Shown here: piece by piece, positions 30,380 through 40,985 of the stretch | Layout: each line of letters opens with the position of its first letter | Numbering within the stretch: position 1 is the stretch's first letter | Origin: Bacilli bacterium | GTDB lineage: Bacteria > Bacillota_I > Bacilli_A > ML615J-28 > CAG-698 | Reading direction: 5' to 3' | DNA: 64,000 bases | Assembly (NCBI GenBank): GCA_050953065.1 | Contig: JBMNLZ010000003.1 | Span: forward strand, 256,001 to 320,000 | Made by a program: the position numbers and the translations under genes | The notes under the pieces: model-generated | Told to the model about the DNA's origin: nothing | Databases searched by the model: none | The model's input: the letters and a program-made list of their open reading frames with translations, nothing else

Positions 30380-31498
30380 TTAACCGAAAAATTTCTTCAA
30401 TAGAATTTCCTTTAATATTATTAATTTTCTATTTTGTATCATCTTGCTTTTTATATCACAAAATAATGGTTCTATAATATTGTTAAATTTTGTTAAATTA
30501 ATTTCATTCGGGATTATAACATCATAATCAACGAATGAAGACCAATTAATTATGGGCATTTTTGTTCCTTGGGATTTAGTATTACAATGATTATGAAAAT
30601 TAAGAGAACTTATGACCCCTAAAATCCAATAATAATATTTGCTATCGTATGTTTTAAAAGAATGTACGGTTCCTGCAACATAGTTTATTTCAGTTGTGAA
30701 GCCACACTTATGAAAATAAGGACGAATTGAACCATAAAGCAATGTGTTTTCTACAAGAGTTTTAATATTAGTATTAAACAATGCTCCATCACTAAAAGTG
30801 TTTATTACCACATTATCCGAAGGCATAGATGATAGATCAATTAATTTAGATTGCCTCCATTCTTGATTCTTACATAGTTTTCCAGTTTTATATATTAATT
30901 TATCCAATTTTATAACTACCTGAGATTTTAATATAAATTTATGAAGCAAGATTTGTAAAAAGTTATTAAACTTATTAAATATATGATTGTTTGATTCGAT
31001 TAAATCATCAATACTTCCTATAGTGTCAACTATGTGTTGTTGAGTATTTAAATCAGGAATATTTATAATTATATTTTCAAATGAATTTCGGATGATTGTA
31101 TCAAAAACTCCTCCGTTCGACTGGGTTTTTAATTGCTCAACATTTTGTTTTAGCCAATAATATAAATAGAACTGATTTAATTGAGAAGATATAACTCTTA
31201 AACCATAACAGGATTGATTAAATGCCATAGATGTTCCTATTAAAGCTATTTTTCCTACTGTTCCTCTTGCTGAAATAATAATATCATTTTTTTGAAGTAT
31301 ATTTGAAGAACTATTTTGCAACCCTAATTTCGTAATATTTTTTTCTGTTGAAAAAACAAAACGATTTACAACTCCAAAATCTTTTACGGTCAGCCAAGGA
31401 ATATTTCCATTCCAATACTTGGCAACTGAAGTTTTTGGTGTTCCACCAGATATTATTTTAATGTAGTTTGTTAATTTTTTCATTTTTTCTCCAATCAT
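30380..31498 (-). CDS. hsdS: Type I R-M specificity subunit, complete two-TRD allele
   Basis: SGGTPKT...YWNGNIPW TRD1, linker QQHIVDTIGSIDDLIE, TRD2 and LLKKFFG. Start at 31498 or 31483. Confidence 0.9.
   Translation of the reverse strand: MIGEKMKKLTNYIKIISGGTPKTSVAKYWNGNIPWLTVKDFGVVNRFVFSTEKNITKLGLQNSSSNILQKNDIIISARGTVGKIALIGTSMAFNQSCYGLRVISSQLNQFYLYYWLKQNVEQLKTQSNGGVFDTIIRNSFENIIINIPDLNTQQHIVDTIGSIDDLIESNNHIFNKFNNFLQILLHKFILKSQVVIKLDKLIYKTGKLCKNQEWRQSKLIDLSSMPSDNVVINTFSDGALFNTNIKTLVENTLLYGSIRPYFHKCGFTTEINYVAGTVHSFKTYDSKYYYWILGVISSLNFHNHCNTKSQGTKMPIINWSSFVDYDVIIPNEINLTKFNNIIEPLFCDIKSKMIQNRKLIILKEILLKKFFG
31002..31042 (-). repeat. hsdS inversion site B (central conserved region)
   Basis: Matches site A over 34 bp (31002-31035) and site C over 19 bp (31024-31042), both inverted. 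Confidence 0.9.
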
Positions 31499-31527
31499 TC
31501 CTCATTTTTATAGAAAGAGGTTATAGT

Positions 31528-32067
31528 ATGATCTTATCAAAATTATGTTTAAACATTACTGACGGTACTCACAATACCGTAATTGACGATCCTAACGGTT
31601 CTTATTATTTGTTAAGTTGTAAAAACATCAAAAATGGTTCTATTATAATTACCAAAAACGAAAGAAAAATTAATAAAACAGTTTTTTTAAAACTAAACAA
31701 ACGAACTAAACTTACATTTAATGATATTTTAATAACTACTGTAGGAACCATTGGTCAATTAGCTATTATTAAAGATAAAGAAATTAAATATGAATTTCAA
31801 AGAAGTGTGGGTATAATCAAAGTAAATCCAAATATTATGTTACCAAAATATGTTTACTATTACTTGAATTCAAATGATGCCCAGTTTCAAATTTCAAGTT
31901 ATGTAAAAGGTGCTGTTCAGAAATGTCTTTTTTTAAATGATATTGGAAAAATTGATATTTTTGAAAAAAGTTTTGTTGAGCAACAACACATAGTTGACAT
32001 TGTAAGAACTATAAATTTGATTTTAATATCTCTACTACCTTATCTTCTAATTCTTTATTTTTTTTAA
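31528..32067 (+). CDS. hsdS: Alternative N-terminal hsdS half (TRD1b) with its own RBS and ATG
   Basis: ITDGTH...DILITTVGTIG...QQHIVDI. RBS AGAGG before ATG 31528. Ends just after the repeat. Confidence 0.85.
   Translation: MILSKLCLNITDGTHNTVIDDPNGSYYLLSCKNIKNGSIIITKNERKINKTVFLKLNKRTKLTFNDILITTVGTIGQLAIIKDKEIKYEFQRSVGIIKVNPNIMLPKYVYYYLNSNDAQFQISSYVKGAVQKCLFLNDIGKIDIFEKSFVEQQHIVDIVRTINLILISLLPYLLILYFF
31981..31999 (+). repeat. hsdS inversion site C (19 bp)
   Basis: CAACAACACATAGTTGACA is the reverse complement of 31024-31042. Confidence 0.88.
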
Positions 32068-33481
32068 ATAAATCTATGAGTTCAGAAGATAGTTTTTTTA
32101 TCTCAGCATCTATCTCTTCTTCACTCATTTTATTAGAATCATCAATCCCTACATATCTTCCAGGAACTAATGTATAATCAGCTTCTCTAATTTCTTCTAA
32201 AGATGCTACTTTACAAAATCCTTTAACATCTTCATAATTTTTATTTTTTAACCAATTATGATATGTATCAGTGATTTTAACTAAATCTTCTTCTTTTAAT
32301 TCTCTTACTCTTCTATCTATCATTTCACCTAAATTTCGAGCATCTATAAATAAAACATTCTTATTAGTTTTATTTTTTTTAATAAACCATAATGATACTG
32401 GTATCCCAGTTGTATAAAACAACTTATCAGGTAATGTAATGATGCAATCTATTACACCATCTTCAAGCATCCCTTTTCTAATATTATATTCTTGTTTTGT
32501 TGTAGTAGATAACGAACCATTAGCCAAAACAAAACCAGCTATACCTTTCGGAGCCAATTTTGAATACATATGTTGAATCCAAGCATAGTTAGCATTACCT
32601 TCTGGCGGAATATCATATATCCATCTTGGATCTTCTAATAATGAGGGCTGACCGTAATCACTAACATTAAAAGGAGGATTAGCTAGTATAAAATCAAATC
32701 TTTGAGATTTATGCTTATCATCATGAAATGTATCTCCAGGTGAATCTCCTAGATTAGCTTCAATTCCACGAATAGCTAAATTCATTTTAGCGATTTTCCA
32801 AGTATTGACAATTTTTTCTTGACCATAGACTGAAATCTTATCTACATTTCCTCTATGTGCTTTTACAAATTCAGCTGCTTGTACAAACATCCCACCACTT
32901 CCACAACATGGATCATATACTCTACCACTCATAGGTTGAATCATTCTAACTAACAATTGGACAATGCATCTTGGAGTATAAAACTCTCCGCCTGTTTGAC
33001 CTAAATTTCTAGAAAATTTCCCCATAAAATATTCATATACCTGACCCATGAAATCGCCTTCTAAAGATGTTTCAAGCTTGTTTGTAAATAAATCTATAAG
33101 TTCACCCAAATTTCTCTTATCTATAGATGGAGACGAATATATTTTCGGCAAAACTCCTTTTAGCTCCTCATTCTCATTTTCTATTTCAATAAATGCTTCA
33201 TCTAATATTTGGCCTATTTCTTCTTGTTTAGAAAACTGAGCAATATAACTCCATCTAGATTTTTTTGGAACCCAAAAAATATGTTCAGAAGCATATTCAT
33301 CTTTATCATTTTCAAAGCCTTCATTTTCAGCAACTAAACCTTTATATTTATCTTCAAATCTATCTGAAATATACTTTAAGAAGATAAGCCCTAATACTAT
33401 AGCCATATAATCTGAAGCAGCAACGCTACCTCTTAATTTATTCGCTGAAGCCCATAAAACTTTTTCATCAATTTTTGCCAT
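32009..33481 (-). CDS. hsdM: Type I R-M methyltransferase subunit M
   Basis: GEFYTP, YDPCCGSGGM and the N6-adenine motif NPPF. Confidence 0.95.
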   Translation of the reverse strand: MAKIDEKVLWASANKLRGSVAASDYMAIVLGLIFLKYISDRFEDKYKGLVAENEGFENDKDEYASEHIFWVPKKSRWSYIAQFSKQEEIGQILDEAFIEIENENEELKGVLPKIYSSPSIDKRNLGELIDLFTNKLETSLEGDFMGQVYEYFMGKFSRNLGQTGGEFYTPRCIVQLLVRMIQPMSGRVYDPCCGSGGMFVQAAEFVKAHRGNVDKISVYGQEKIVNTWKIAKMNLAIRGIEANLGDSPGDTFHDDKHKSQRFDFILANPPFNVSDYGQPSLLEDPRWIYDIPPEGNANYAWIQHMYSKLAPKGIAGFVLANGSLSTTTKQEYNIRKGMLEDGVIDCIITLPDKLFYTTGIPVSLWFIKKNKTNKNVLFIDARNLGEMIDRRVRELKEEDLVKITDTYHNWLKNKNYEDVKGFCKVASLEEIREADYTLVPGRYVGIDDSNKMSEEEIDAEIKKLSSELIDLFKKNKELEDKVVEILKSNL

Positions 33482-33613
33482 CTTTTTCTCCTATTTAAAT
33501 TATTTGAATACATATTTTTATTAACCAATTTTAAAAGATTATATATTATATTACCATTTTTTAACTTTTTCTTCCAAACAACTCAAATTTGTTTTTAATG
33601 ATTAATTAAAATA

Positions 33614-34228
33614 TCATACGTAATATTTTTGATAGATTTGTTTAATTTCTCTTATCCAATCATCTATTTGTGGTAAACGAATAATAATATCATCAATAAA
33701 TTTATAAAAAAAATTAATATCATCAATAAATTCTTTGCCAGTGCCAATATCTACTTTTTTAGAAAAATGTATTGAATTTCTATATCTTTGCACTTTATCT
33801 ACCCATTTATATTCTAAAGCATCACGACTTTCCCATAACCTACTAACACTATATTCTTTTAATTGGTCAAACGAAGCATCCTTTGGCTCTATTTCTTTTT
33901 CATATCTTTTAATTTTTTTTGGATCGTTTTCATAGTCTTCTAAATAAACACAGTAAACAAATATTAACCATGCCTCAACTATTGCTCCCAAATTTGTCCA
34001 CGCTAAAATTAGTTCACCATTTGTCATATTAACACCCTTTTCAATCCATATAGACAAAGTGTTTGTTAACTCCATTAGTTTATCCAAATCTATTATTTCA
34101 AATGTATCGGCCACATTTTTTGGCACAACCAGTCTGCACTCTTTCCAAGTATCTATTACTTTTGAGGTGCGTTTTTTTATTTTATAAAAACATTCCTGCA
34201 GCATTTTTTCCTCCTTGATTATTACCAT
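33614..34228 (-). CDS. Hypothetical protein, HEPN-like
   Basis: Helical protein with LGAIVEAWL and YRNSIH (R..H) motifs. Confidence 0.5.
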   Translation of the reverse strand: MVIIKEEKMLQECFYKIKKRTSKVIDTWKECRLVVPKNVADTFEIIDLDKLMELTNTLSIWIEKGVNMTNGELILAWTNLGAIVEAWLIFVYCVYLEDYENDPKKIKRYEKEIEPKDASFDQLKEYSVSRLWESRDALEYKWVDKVQRYRNSIHFSKKVDIGTGKEFIDDINFFYKFIDDIIIRLPQIDDWIREIKQIYQKYYV

Positions 34229-34260
34229 ATTTTTTGTTTCTCCATTTCAGTTTATATAAT

Positions 34261-35337
34261 CTAACAATTACATGAAATATATCTGTAATCTGTTATTAAT
34301 TTTTTTGCTCTATCTAGTTGTTCCTCAAAAATATATATAAATTTATTTCCATCTTGGAAAAAAATTGCATTAAAATTATCTATAATTTCTTTAGGTATCG
34401 TATTAATTTTGATTAAAACATTTGAATAATTATCATTCGGCAAATAACCCCCATTAATATGTACATTTGATTTAACAAAAGGCTTGTAGTAACTACAAAA
34501 TAATGCACTATCATAATTTTGTTTTACAGTTCCACCAAATATTATAGATAAATAAGGATCTGGTTTCAAGCCACAATTTTTATAAGCCAAACGACTTCTT
34601 GATTCATCATATTTCTCTTGGTCTCTATAATACTTGGTTTTAACTAACAACAGCGCAGTTTTAGGTGATACTGGTACATACGTAAAAAGATGATCACTAT
34701 CCAAAGTGTTTTCTATAATTGCACACCTTTCAGATATACACATCCATTTTTCATTACTTCTAATAATTGATAAATGTAATCCATATAATGATTGAAAAGG
34801 GTTCTCAATATAATCTACTTTTTTTGAACATATTATATCTGTAAAATTTTCTAGGTGAGTAAAGTTTTGATCATTTTTTACATTTTCAAAAACCTTGATT
34901 ATTTCTTCTGTCATATATAGAACATCTTCTTTTTTAGTATATTTTTTTACACCCCATAAATAGTTATTACTTTGATATATTCCAAAATCATCTTCAAGTA
35001 TCACTTCAGATGTAAATTGATGACGATAAGAACAAAAAGCACAATATAATTTCAAAAGAAAAAGTTCTTTTCCAGTAATTTTTATTTCTTCATCAGCGTT
35101 GTCTACCTTATGAATTATTTCAGAAACATAAGCCTCAAAATTTGCAATTCTATTTTCAAGAGAATCTGTTCCATCAATAGAGTAATATTTTTTCTTTGAA
35201 AAATCTTTAATATTGATTTTTCTTTTTTTGCTAGTGTTTTTATTAAAAAGCAGTCCCCCTTGTTCGCTCCATTTCTTTATATGAAACCTTGGCAAAAAGT
35301 GATTATTAATTTTCATTATATCTCCTTCATATATCAA
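34261..35337 (-). CDS. DUF4238 domain protein
   Basis: NHFLPRFHIKKW start, YYS...LENRIANFE, and PVSPKTALLL. Confidence 0.7.
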   Translation of the reverse strand: MIYEGDIMKINNHFLPRFHIKKWSEQGGLLFNKNTSKKRKINIKDFSKKKYYSIDGTDSLENRIANFEAYVSEIIHKVDNADEEIKITGKELFLLKLYCAFCSYRHQFTSEVILEDDFGIYQSNNYLWGVKKYTKKEDVLYMTEEIIKVFENVKNDQNFTHLENFTDIICSKKVDYIENPFQSLYGLHLSIIRSNEKWMCISERCAIIENTLDSDHLFTYVPVSPKTALLLVKTKYYRDQEKYDESRSRLAYKNCGLKPDPYLSIIFGGTVKQNYDSALFCSYYKPFVKSNVHINGGYLPNDNYSNVLIKINTIPKEIIDNFNAIFFQDGNKFIYIFEEQLDRAKKLITDYRYISCNC

Positions 35338-35784
35338 ACATTTTTTAATAAATAATATGGTATCTGCAATACTATATAAAAAGTTCTTAAAACTTACAAC
35401 AATTATACCATATTTACTTTAAAAATTCTTCTAGTTTTTTTAACATATAATATTAAAAAGTATATCACAGTTAACATGCTTTTGCAAAATATCATTAATC
35501 AATATTATTTAATTACAATAAACAGTTCTATTGATTAATACCACAACTTTTTACACAACCACACAAAAAATAAACAACAGTTGTGTAAAAGTTTCATAAA
35601 TTATAATCTATTCCCCTCTATTTAATTTACAAAAAACATTTATTAAAATTATAAATAAAAACATCTTACATACGAAAAATAAGACGCTTTTTAAGCATTA
35701 GTATTACCAAAAGCAAAATTATTATAATAAATTATTTTGTCCATAAAAACAATTTAATTCTAAAATAAATTAAATTTATTCTTT

Positions 35785-37941
35785 CTATTGTGGTTTCAAC
35801 TGTTTATAATGAATCTCATCGTTATTTTTAATTATTTTCATTAAAAACTTTGCCGCTATTAAAATATCATTATTTGTTTTGGTGTTGGTATGTGACAAAA
35901 CATTAATTACACTTAATAAAGTCCCTAAATCTCTCTTGTCTTTTGTGCTTTCTATTTTGAAAATGTCCTCAATATGTTTTTTATTGTTTCTTTGAGGTAA
36001 AAACGAGTTATTATGTGTTTTAAAAAACAAAAATTCTTCAAAAACTTTTCGAATAATATTTGGCATATGATAATATTCACAATCCGTAGATAATTGTTTT
36101 TTTTGCGATATCGCATACACTTCTTCAAACATATGTTTGTACGGACTCCCTTTACTAATATTTTTAATTAAATAACTTTTCTTATCTTTTTTTATCTCAT
36201 AAGAAGCATATTTCGAACCATTTTTAAAGCTGTTTTTTCCATAAATTAGTTGGCTAAAATCATCCCAAACATGAGTTAAAACAAATACTTGATCTACATC
36301 CAATTCCATTAAATTTTGTACAATTTCTAAAACATAAAATCTATTTGAATCATCCATACTAGATATCGGATCATCTAATATTATAAGTTTTATATTGTTT
36401 TTTAATCTTTTTTGCTCTCGATCTTCAAACATCTCATAATAAAAAAATAGTAAAGATAGTAAATTTTTTTCGCCTTCACTAATATCATCTATTGTTAATT
36501 GGTCTTCAGTTAATAATGTTGTCCTCAAAATATAATCATTATCTTCAATTTCTAATTTGATTGAAATCTCCAAGTCTTTCAATGTTTGATTAACCAAATT
36601 CATAAAATCTGATGTAACAGATTTCATTTCCTTTAATTCTTTAATTTTCGTTTCTAAATTAATATTTTCACTTTCTTTTTCTAAAATACTTTTATTGTTG
36701 ACGTTTAAATCATTTAATCGGTCTTTTATAAAAGTTGAGTCCCCTATTGCCATATAAATTGAACCTTTTACAATAGTTCCTAGTTTACTTAATTTGTTTT
36801 TTTCTTCAGCAATATTTTTCAATCTAACAGAATTGATTTTTTTAATATTTTCGTTAATTGATTTAAGCTTATCCTCAAAAATTTTTACATCTATTTTATC
36901 TATTGCAATTATATTTTTAGCATTATAATGGAACTTATTAATTACTTCTTCAAAAAAAGTTAAGTCTTTTTCAATTTCTTTAAAAAATTGAGATACACTA
37001 CTATCTATTACATTTTCGTACATTTTTTTATTACCAATAAATTTTTTTATCTTTTTTAATATATCACACCAAAATTCGTATTGGTTATAAAAAAATGTTT
37101 CTGCATCATATTTCACATTGCTAACATATGACTGTATTTTTTCTTTGATATCGTTATAACTAATAGGTGACCCACAAAATTCACACTTTTCTTTATTAAA
37201 GTGAATTTCAAGTCCCTCAGAAAGCCAATCAATAATTTGCGAACTAGGTATTTCAATATCGCTAATTTTTGCATTTTGAAACTTTTCTAAATTTGAATAA
37301 AAAGATGGTTCTTCACTAATGATTTCTAATTTTTCAAGTGATTCCATATTAATAATTTTATTTTCTATAGTATCATCACCTGAGGTAGCCTGAATCTTTT
37401 CCTTATCAGGCTCAACTTTTAAAGCTTCCATATAATCAAGACGATATCTTTCTATTATTTCATTCACCTTTAAAGTTTTGGATTTGTTTTGTATGTTTAA
37501 TTTATCTTTTTTTAATTTAAAAATTTTTTCTATTTCATCTTTTATTTCTACTTCTTTTTTTTCATTCTCGCTTTTCAATTTATCTATTTGTTCTTTAGAA
37601 ACCAATTTCTTTTCTAACTCTTTTATTTGTTTTTCAATATCTACATCAACTTCACCAAATGACACCTTCACTCCTCTCAATTTTTCGCGATTTGTTTCGT
37701 CTAATACTATAACCTTAGAGTATTCAGTAGAATAAACTCTTAGGTCATTTTCATCGTTAGATTTTAAAAACTCTTCCTTTATTCCATTACTCAAAGCCGT
37801 TTTACCAGTTCCATTATAACCAAATATTACATTAATTTTTCTAAAATCATCCTCTGGGCCTGTAAATTCTTTAAATGATTTGTGAGTAAAATCACAAACT
37901 TTTTTTATCATATTGAAACCACCTTTCTTTTTACTGTACAA
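35785..37941 (-). CDS. RloC-like AAA_13 ABC-ATPase / anticodon nuclease
   Basis: Walker A GYNGTGKT, coiled coil with zinc hook CEFC, signature ISEGEK, Walker B LDDPISS, LTH, and a C-terminal HEPN-like region PNIIRKVFEEF...INVLSH. Near a type I R-M locus. Confidence 0.8.
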   Translation of the reverse strand: MYSKKKGGFNMIKKVCDFTHKSFKEFTGPEDDFRKINVIFGYNGTGKTALSNGIKEEFLKSNDENDLRVYSTEYSKVIVLDETNREKLRGVKVSFGEVDVDIEKQIKELEKKLVSKEQIDKLKSENEKKEVEIKDEIEKIFKLKKDKLNIQNKSKTLKVNEIIERYRLDYMEALKVEPDKEKIQATSGDDTIENKIINMESLEKLEIISEEPSFYSNLEKFQNAKISDIEIPSSQIIDWLSEGLEIHFNKEKCEFCGSPISYNDIKEKIQSYVSNVKYDAETFFYNQYEFWCDILKKIKKFIGNKKMYENVIDSSVSQFFKEIEKDLTFFEEVINKFHYNAKNIIAIDKIDVKIFEDKLKSINENIKKINSVRLKNIAEEKNKLSKLGTIVKGSIYMAIGDSTFIKDRLNDLNVNNKSILEKESENINLETKIKELKEMKSVTSDFMNLVNQTLKDLEISIKLEIEDNDYILRTTLLTEDQLTIDDISEGEKNLLSLLFFYYEMFEDREQKRLKNNIKLIILDDPISSMDDSNRFYVLEIVQNLMELDVDQVFVLTHVWDDFSQLIYGKNSFKNGSKYASYEIKKDKKSYLIKNISKGSPYKHMFEEVYAISQKKQLSTDCEYYHMPNIIRKVFEEFLFFKTHNNSFLPQRNNKKHIEDIFKIESTKDKRDLGTLLSVINVLSHTNTKTNNDILIAAKFLMKIIKNNDEIHYKQLKPQ

Positions 37942-38027
37942 TTACTTGAACACAAACAAAAATAATCACTATTATTATAATATAATAATTAGTATATTAT
38001 TTCTTATTCAATTTATTAGCTTTTTAT

Positions 38028-39275
38028 TTACACACCTTTCCCCAACGACTGCACATATTCATGCATAGCCTCTGCTACCCTTTTTGAAACCTTTACAGCC
38101 TCAACTACAGTCTTTGCTCCAGTAACAACATCACCAGATGCAAAAACTCCATCTTTACTAGTATGACCAAACTCATCTACTTCAACTAATCCTTTTTTAT
38201 TAACTTTAATTCCCTTAGTTGAACTAACAATTACAGCTCTTGGTCCTTGACTAATCGCAATAATAACTGAATCTACTTCAAATAGTTTTTCTGTACCTTT
38301 AATTGCTTCAACTATTTCTTTTCCATCTTCATCTTTAGTAACATTAGAATCAGCTAATATTATCCCTTTATCAACAAACTCTACAACTGTTTTATAAAAC
38401 TCAAATTGAGCTCCATCAATTTTAGCATATTCAACTTCATGATCTCTTGCTGTAATAGATGATTCATCTTTATTACAAATAATATAAACTTCTTCTGCTC
38501 CATGTCTAAAAGCAGTACGTGCTACATCCATTGCAACATTTCCTGCTCCAATTATTCCTACTATTTTACCTAAATTATAAACACTAGGATTTCTTAAATA
38601 TTCTATTGCATAATGAATATGGCCTAAACTCTCACCCTTAACATCTAATTTAGAAGGCCTCCAAACACCAGTCCCAATAAAGACTGCTTTAAAATCATCA
38701 CGCAATAAATCATCAACTGTTAAATTACTTCCAATAGTAGTATTAGGCCTTATCTTAATACCCATTTCAATCATTTTTTCTCCTAATCTGTCTAAAACAG
38801 ATTTAGGTAATCTAAACTCAGGAATCCCATATCTTAAAATTCCACCAATATGATCATTACCTTCAAAAATAGTAACATCATAATCATATTTAGCAAGAGT
38901 GATTGCAATTGTAATTCCAGCAGGACCTGAACCTATAATAGCAATCCTACCTTTAGTTTTTTTGGATGCTTCAGGTTTAAAGATATTTAAATAATAACTT
39001 GAGATATATTGTTCTATGGCACTGATATGAACAGGAGAACCTTTCTTCCCCAAAACACAATGTCCCTCACATTGGTTTTCCTGAGGACAAACATAACATG
39101 TAACTATAGATAATGGATTATTATCAAAAAGCATTTTACCAGCTTCTGGAATTTTGCTGTCAAGCAATAATTTAATAGCATCTCTAATAGGTGTTTCTAC
39201 AGGACAACCTGTAACACACATCGGATTTTTACACTGCAAACAACGTTTAGCATCATCAATTACATGTTTACTCAT
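38028..39275 (-). CDS. GltD/SudA-like Fe-S flavoprotein NAD(P) oxidoreductase
   Basis: RCLQC...C..GCP, CPQENQCEGHC, GSGPAG, YGIPEFRLP, GAGNVAMD and GDVVTG. Confidence 0.88.
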   Translation of the reverse strand: MSKHVIDDAKRCLQCKNPMCVTGCPVETPIRDAIKLLLDSKIPEAGKMLFDNNPLSIVTCYVCPQENQCEGHCVLGKKGSPVHISAIEQYISSYYLNIFKPEASKKTKGRIAIIGSGPAGITIAITLAKYDYDVTIFEGNDHIGGILRYGIPEFRLPKSVLDRLGEKMIEMGIKIRPNTTIGSNLTVDDLLRDDFKAVFIGTGVWRPSKLDVKGESLGHIHYAIEYLRNPSVYNLGKIVGIIGAGNVAMDVARTAFRHGAEEVYIICNKDESSITARDHEVEYAKIDGAQFEFYKTVVEFVDKGIILADSNVTKDEDGKEIVEAIKGTEKLFEVDSVIIAISQGPRAVIVSSTKGIKVNKKGLVEVDEFGHTSKDGVFASGDVVTGAKTVVEAVKVSKRVAEAMHEYVQSLGKGV

Positions 39276-39684
39276 TTTTGTTTTCTCCTTTATAAACTAT
39301 TAATGTTTCGTTTCTATTAATAATTATAACTTTATTAATTGATTTAGTCAATAAAATGACTAAATACAAAACTATTATTAAATTAATACAATTAAAAATA
39401 TGCAATTATAAAATATTGTTTTATTAAAAAACTATATTGTTATAATGTATCTTAATTTTATAGGGTGATTTTACATTATTTATTTATAAATTTTCACCCC
39501 ATTTGCTTATAATTTAATTAAATAATATCTAATCTTAAACAAATAGTTTTTAAATTAAATCTTTTAATCAAACAAAAATTAAATGGCCTGTCACCTGTAC
39601 AATACAGGCAACAAGCCATTCAAATAACATACATATTAAATTGGTCCGTGTTTAAGGGTTCACATCAATTGCCTAAGATATTTT

Positions 39685-40965
39685 TTAATCCTTTAAACAG
39701 CCTATTGGAATTACAAACACACCATCTTCTCTTTTATAACCATATTTTGTTCCTGTTATAATAATCTTTAAATCGGGAAGTCTTAATGGAGTTTGTTTTT
39801 CCTTTTTGTTATATTCTTTTATTAATTCTTCAATTTCACAAAGATGTTTTGCAGCCACATCTATTTCATTTGAGCCTAATTTAAATTCTAAAAGAGCATA
39901 TCTTCCGTCTTTTAGATGTAGTACTCCATCAGCTTCAAGACCATATCTATCATGATAATATGACATCTCACCATTCATTTTTAAAGAATATACTTTAAGA
40001 TCTCTTATACATAAACTTTCAAACAAAAAACCAAGTGTTTTAAAATCAGTATCAAAATATTTAGGTGATAATCCAAGTGCTGCAACTGCAATAGATGGGT
40101 CTATTAAATTTCTTTTTTTACTAGCTCTAATTACTGTTTTAGATCTAATAGCAGGGCTCCATGCATCGACATCTTCAATAATGTATAATTGTTCTAATTT
40201 TTCTAAATAATCATAAAAAGTTCTATCAGAAATTTCATTAGTAGCACTGACATCACCATAGATAGTATTATACTCACTTAGAGTACATATATTTCTTGAA
40301 TATGATTTTAAAATTGCTAAAGCCCATTTCGGATTTCTCTTCACTCCATCAATATTTGAAATATCTTTATGGCAAGTTTGATAGACTAAATCTTCTACTA
40401 CATGCAATTGATTTTCATTATTAGAAATTTTTAAACAAGAAGGCCATCCTCCTCTACAAATCGCAAAAATTAAATCATCTAGATTTAAATCAGATGTACA
40501 ACCATCAAACGAATCAGGATTATCAAATAATTCAAGTAATGATATAGTACCATTAGATTCATTTGACTCAAACAAACTCATCGGGTACATCTTCATTGTA
40601 CTAATCCGCATTGTACCTGTGTGTGGCGTTTCAACGTTAGCAGAAGTTGAACCAGTAAGTATGTACAACCCTACCTTTTTCTCATCATCTATAGATTTTC
40701 TTATAGCCCCCCAAATTTTAGGAGCATCCTGCCACTCATCAAACAACCTTGGCTTTTCACCATTTAAAAGTCTAGATGGTGCAATACTAGCTGTAGAAAT
40801 TAATTGATCTCTTACATCCTCATCCTGAAATTCAATAAAACTCTTTGAATGCACTTTAGCAGTGGTTGTTTTACCACAGCCCTTTGGACCAACAATTAAA
40901 ACTCCACCAAAAGTATCTAATTTGTTTTTTAAAATAGTATCAGAAATTCTTTTCTTATATTCCAC
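39685..40965 (-). CDS. AAA_14 ATPase with DUF4143 C-terminal domain
   Basis: GPKGCGKT, FDEWQ, LTGS, GGWP, GFLFESL and EAD...LEFKLG. Confidence 0.85.
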   Translation of the reverse strand: MEYKKRISDTILKNKLDTFGGVLIVGPKGCGKTTTAKVHSKSFIEFQDEDVRDQLISTASIAPSRLLNGEKPRLFDEWQDAPKIWGAIRKSIDDEKKVGLYILTGSTSANVETPHTGTMRISTMKMYPMSLFESNESNGTISLLELFDNPDSFDGCTSDLNLDDLIFAICRGGWPSCLKISNNENQLHVVEDLVYQTCHKDISNIDGVKRNPKWALAILKSYSRNICTLSEYNTIYGDVSATNEISDRTFYDYLEKLEQLYIIEDVDAWSPAIRSKTVIRASKKRNLIDPSIAVAALGLSPKYFDTDFKTLGFLFESLCIRDLKVYSLKMNGEMSYYHDRYGLEADGVLHLKDGRYALLEFKLGSNEIDVAAKHLCEIEELIKEYNKKEKQTPLRLPDLKIIITGTKYGYKREDGVFVIPIGCLKD

Positions 40966-40985
40966 ATCTATTCACCCCAACAATA

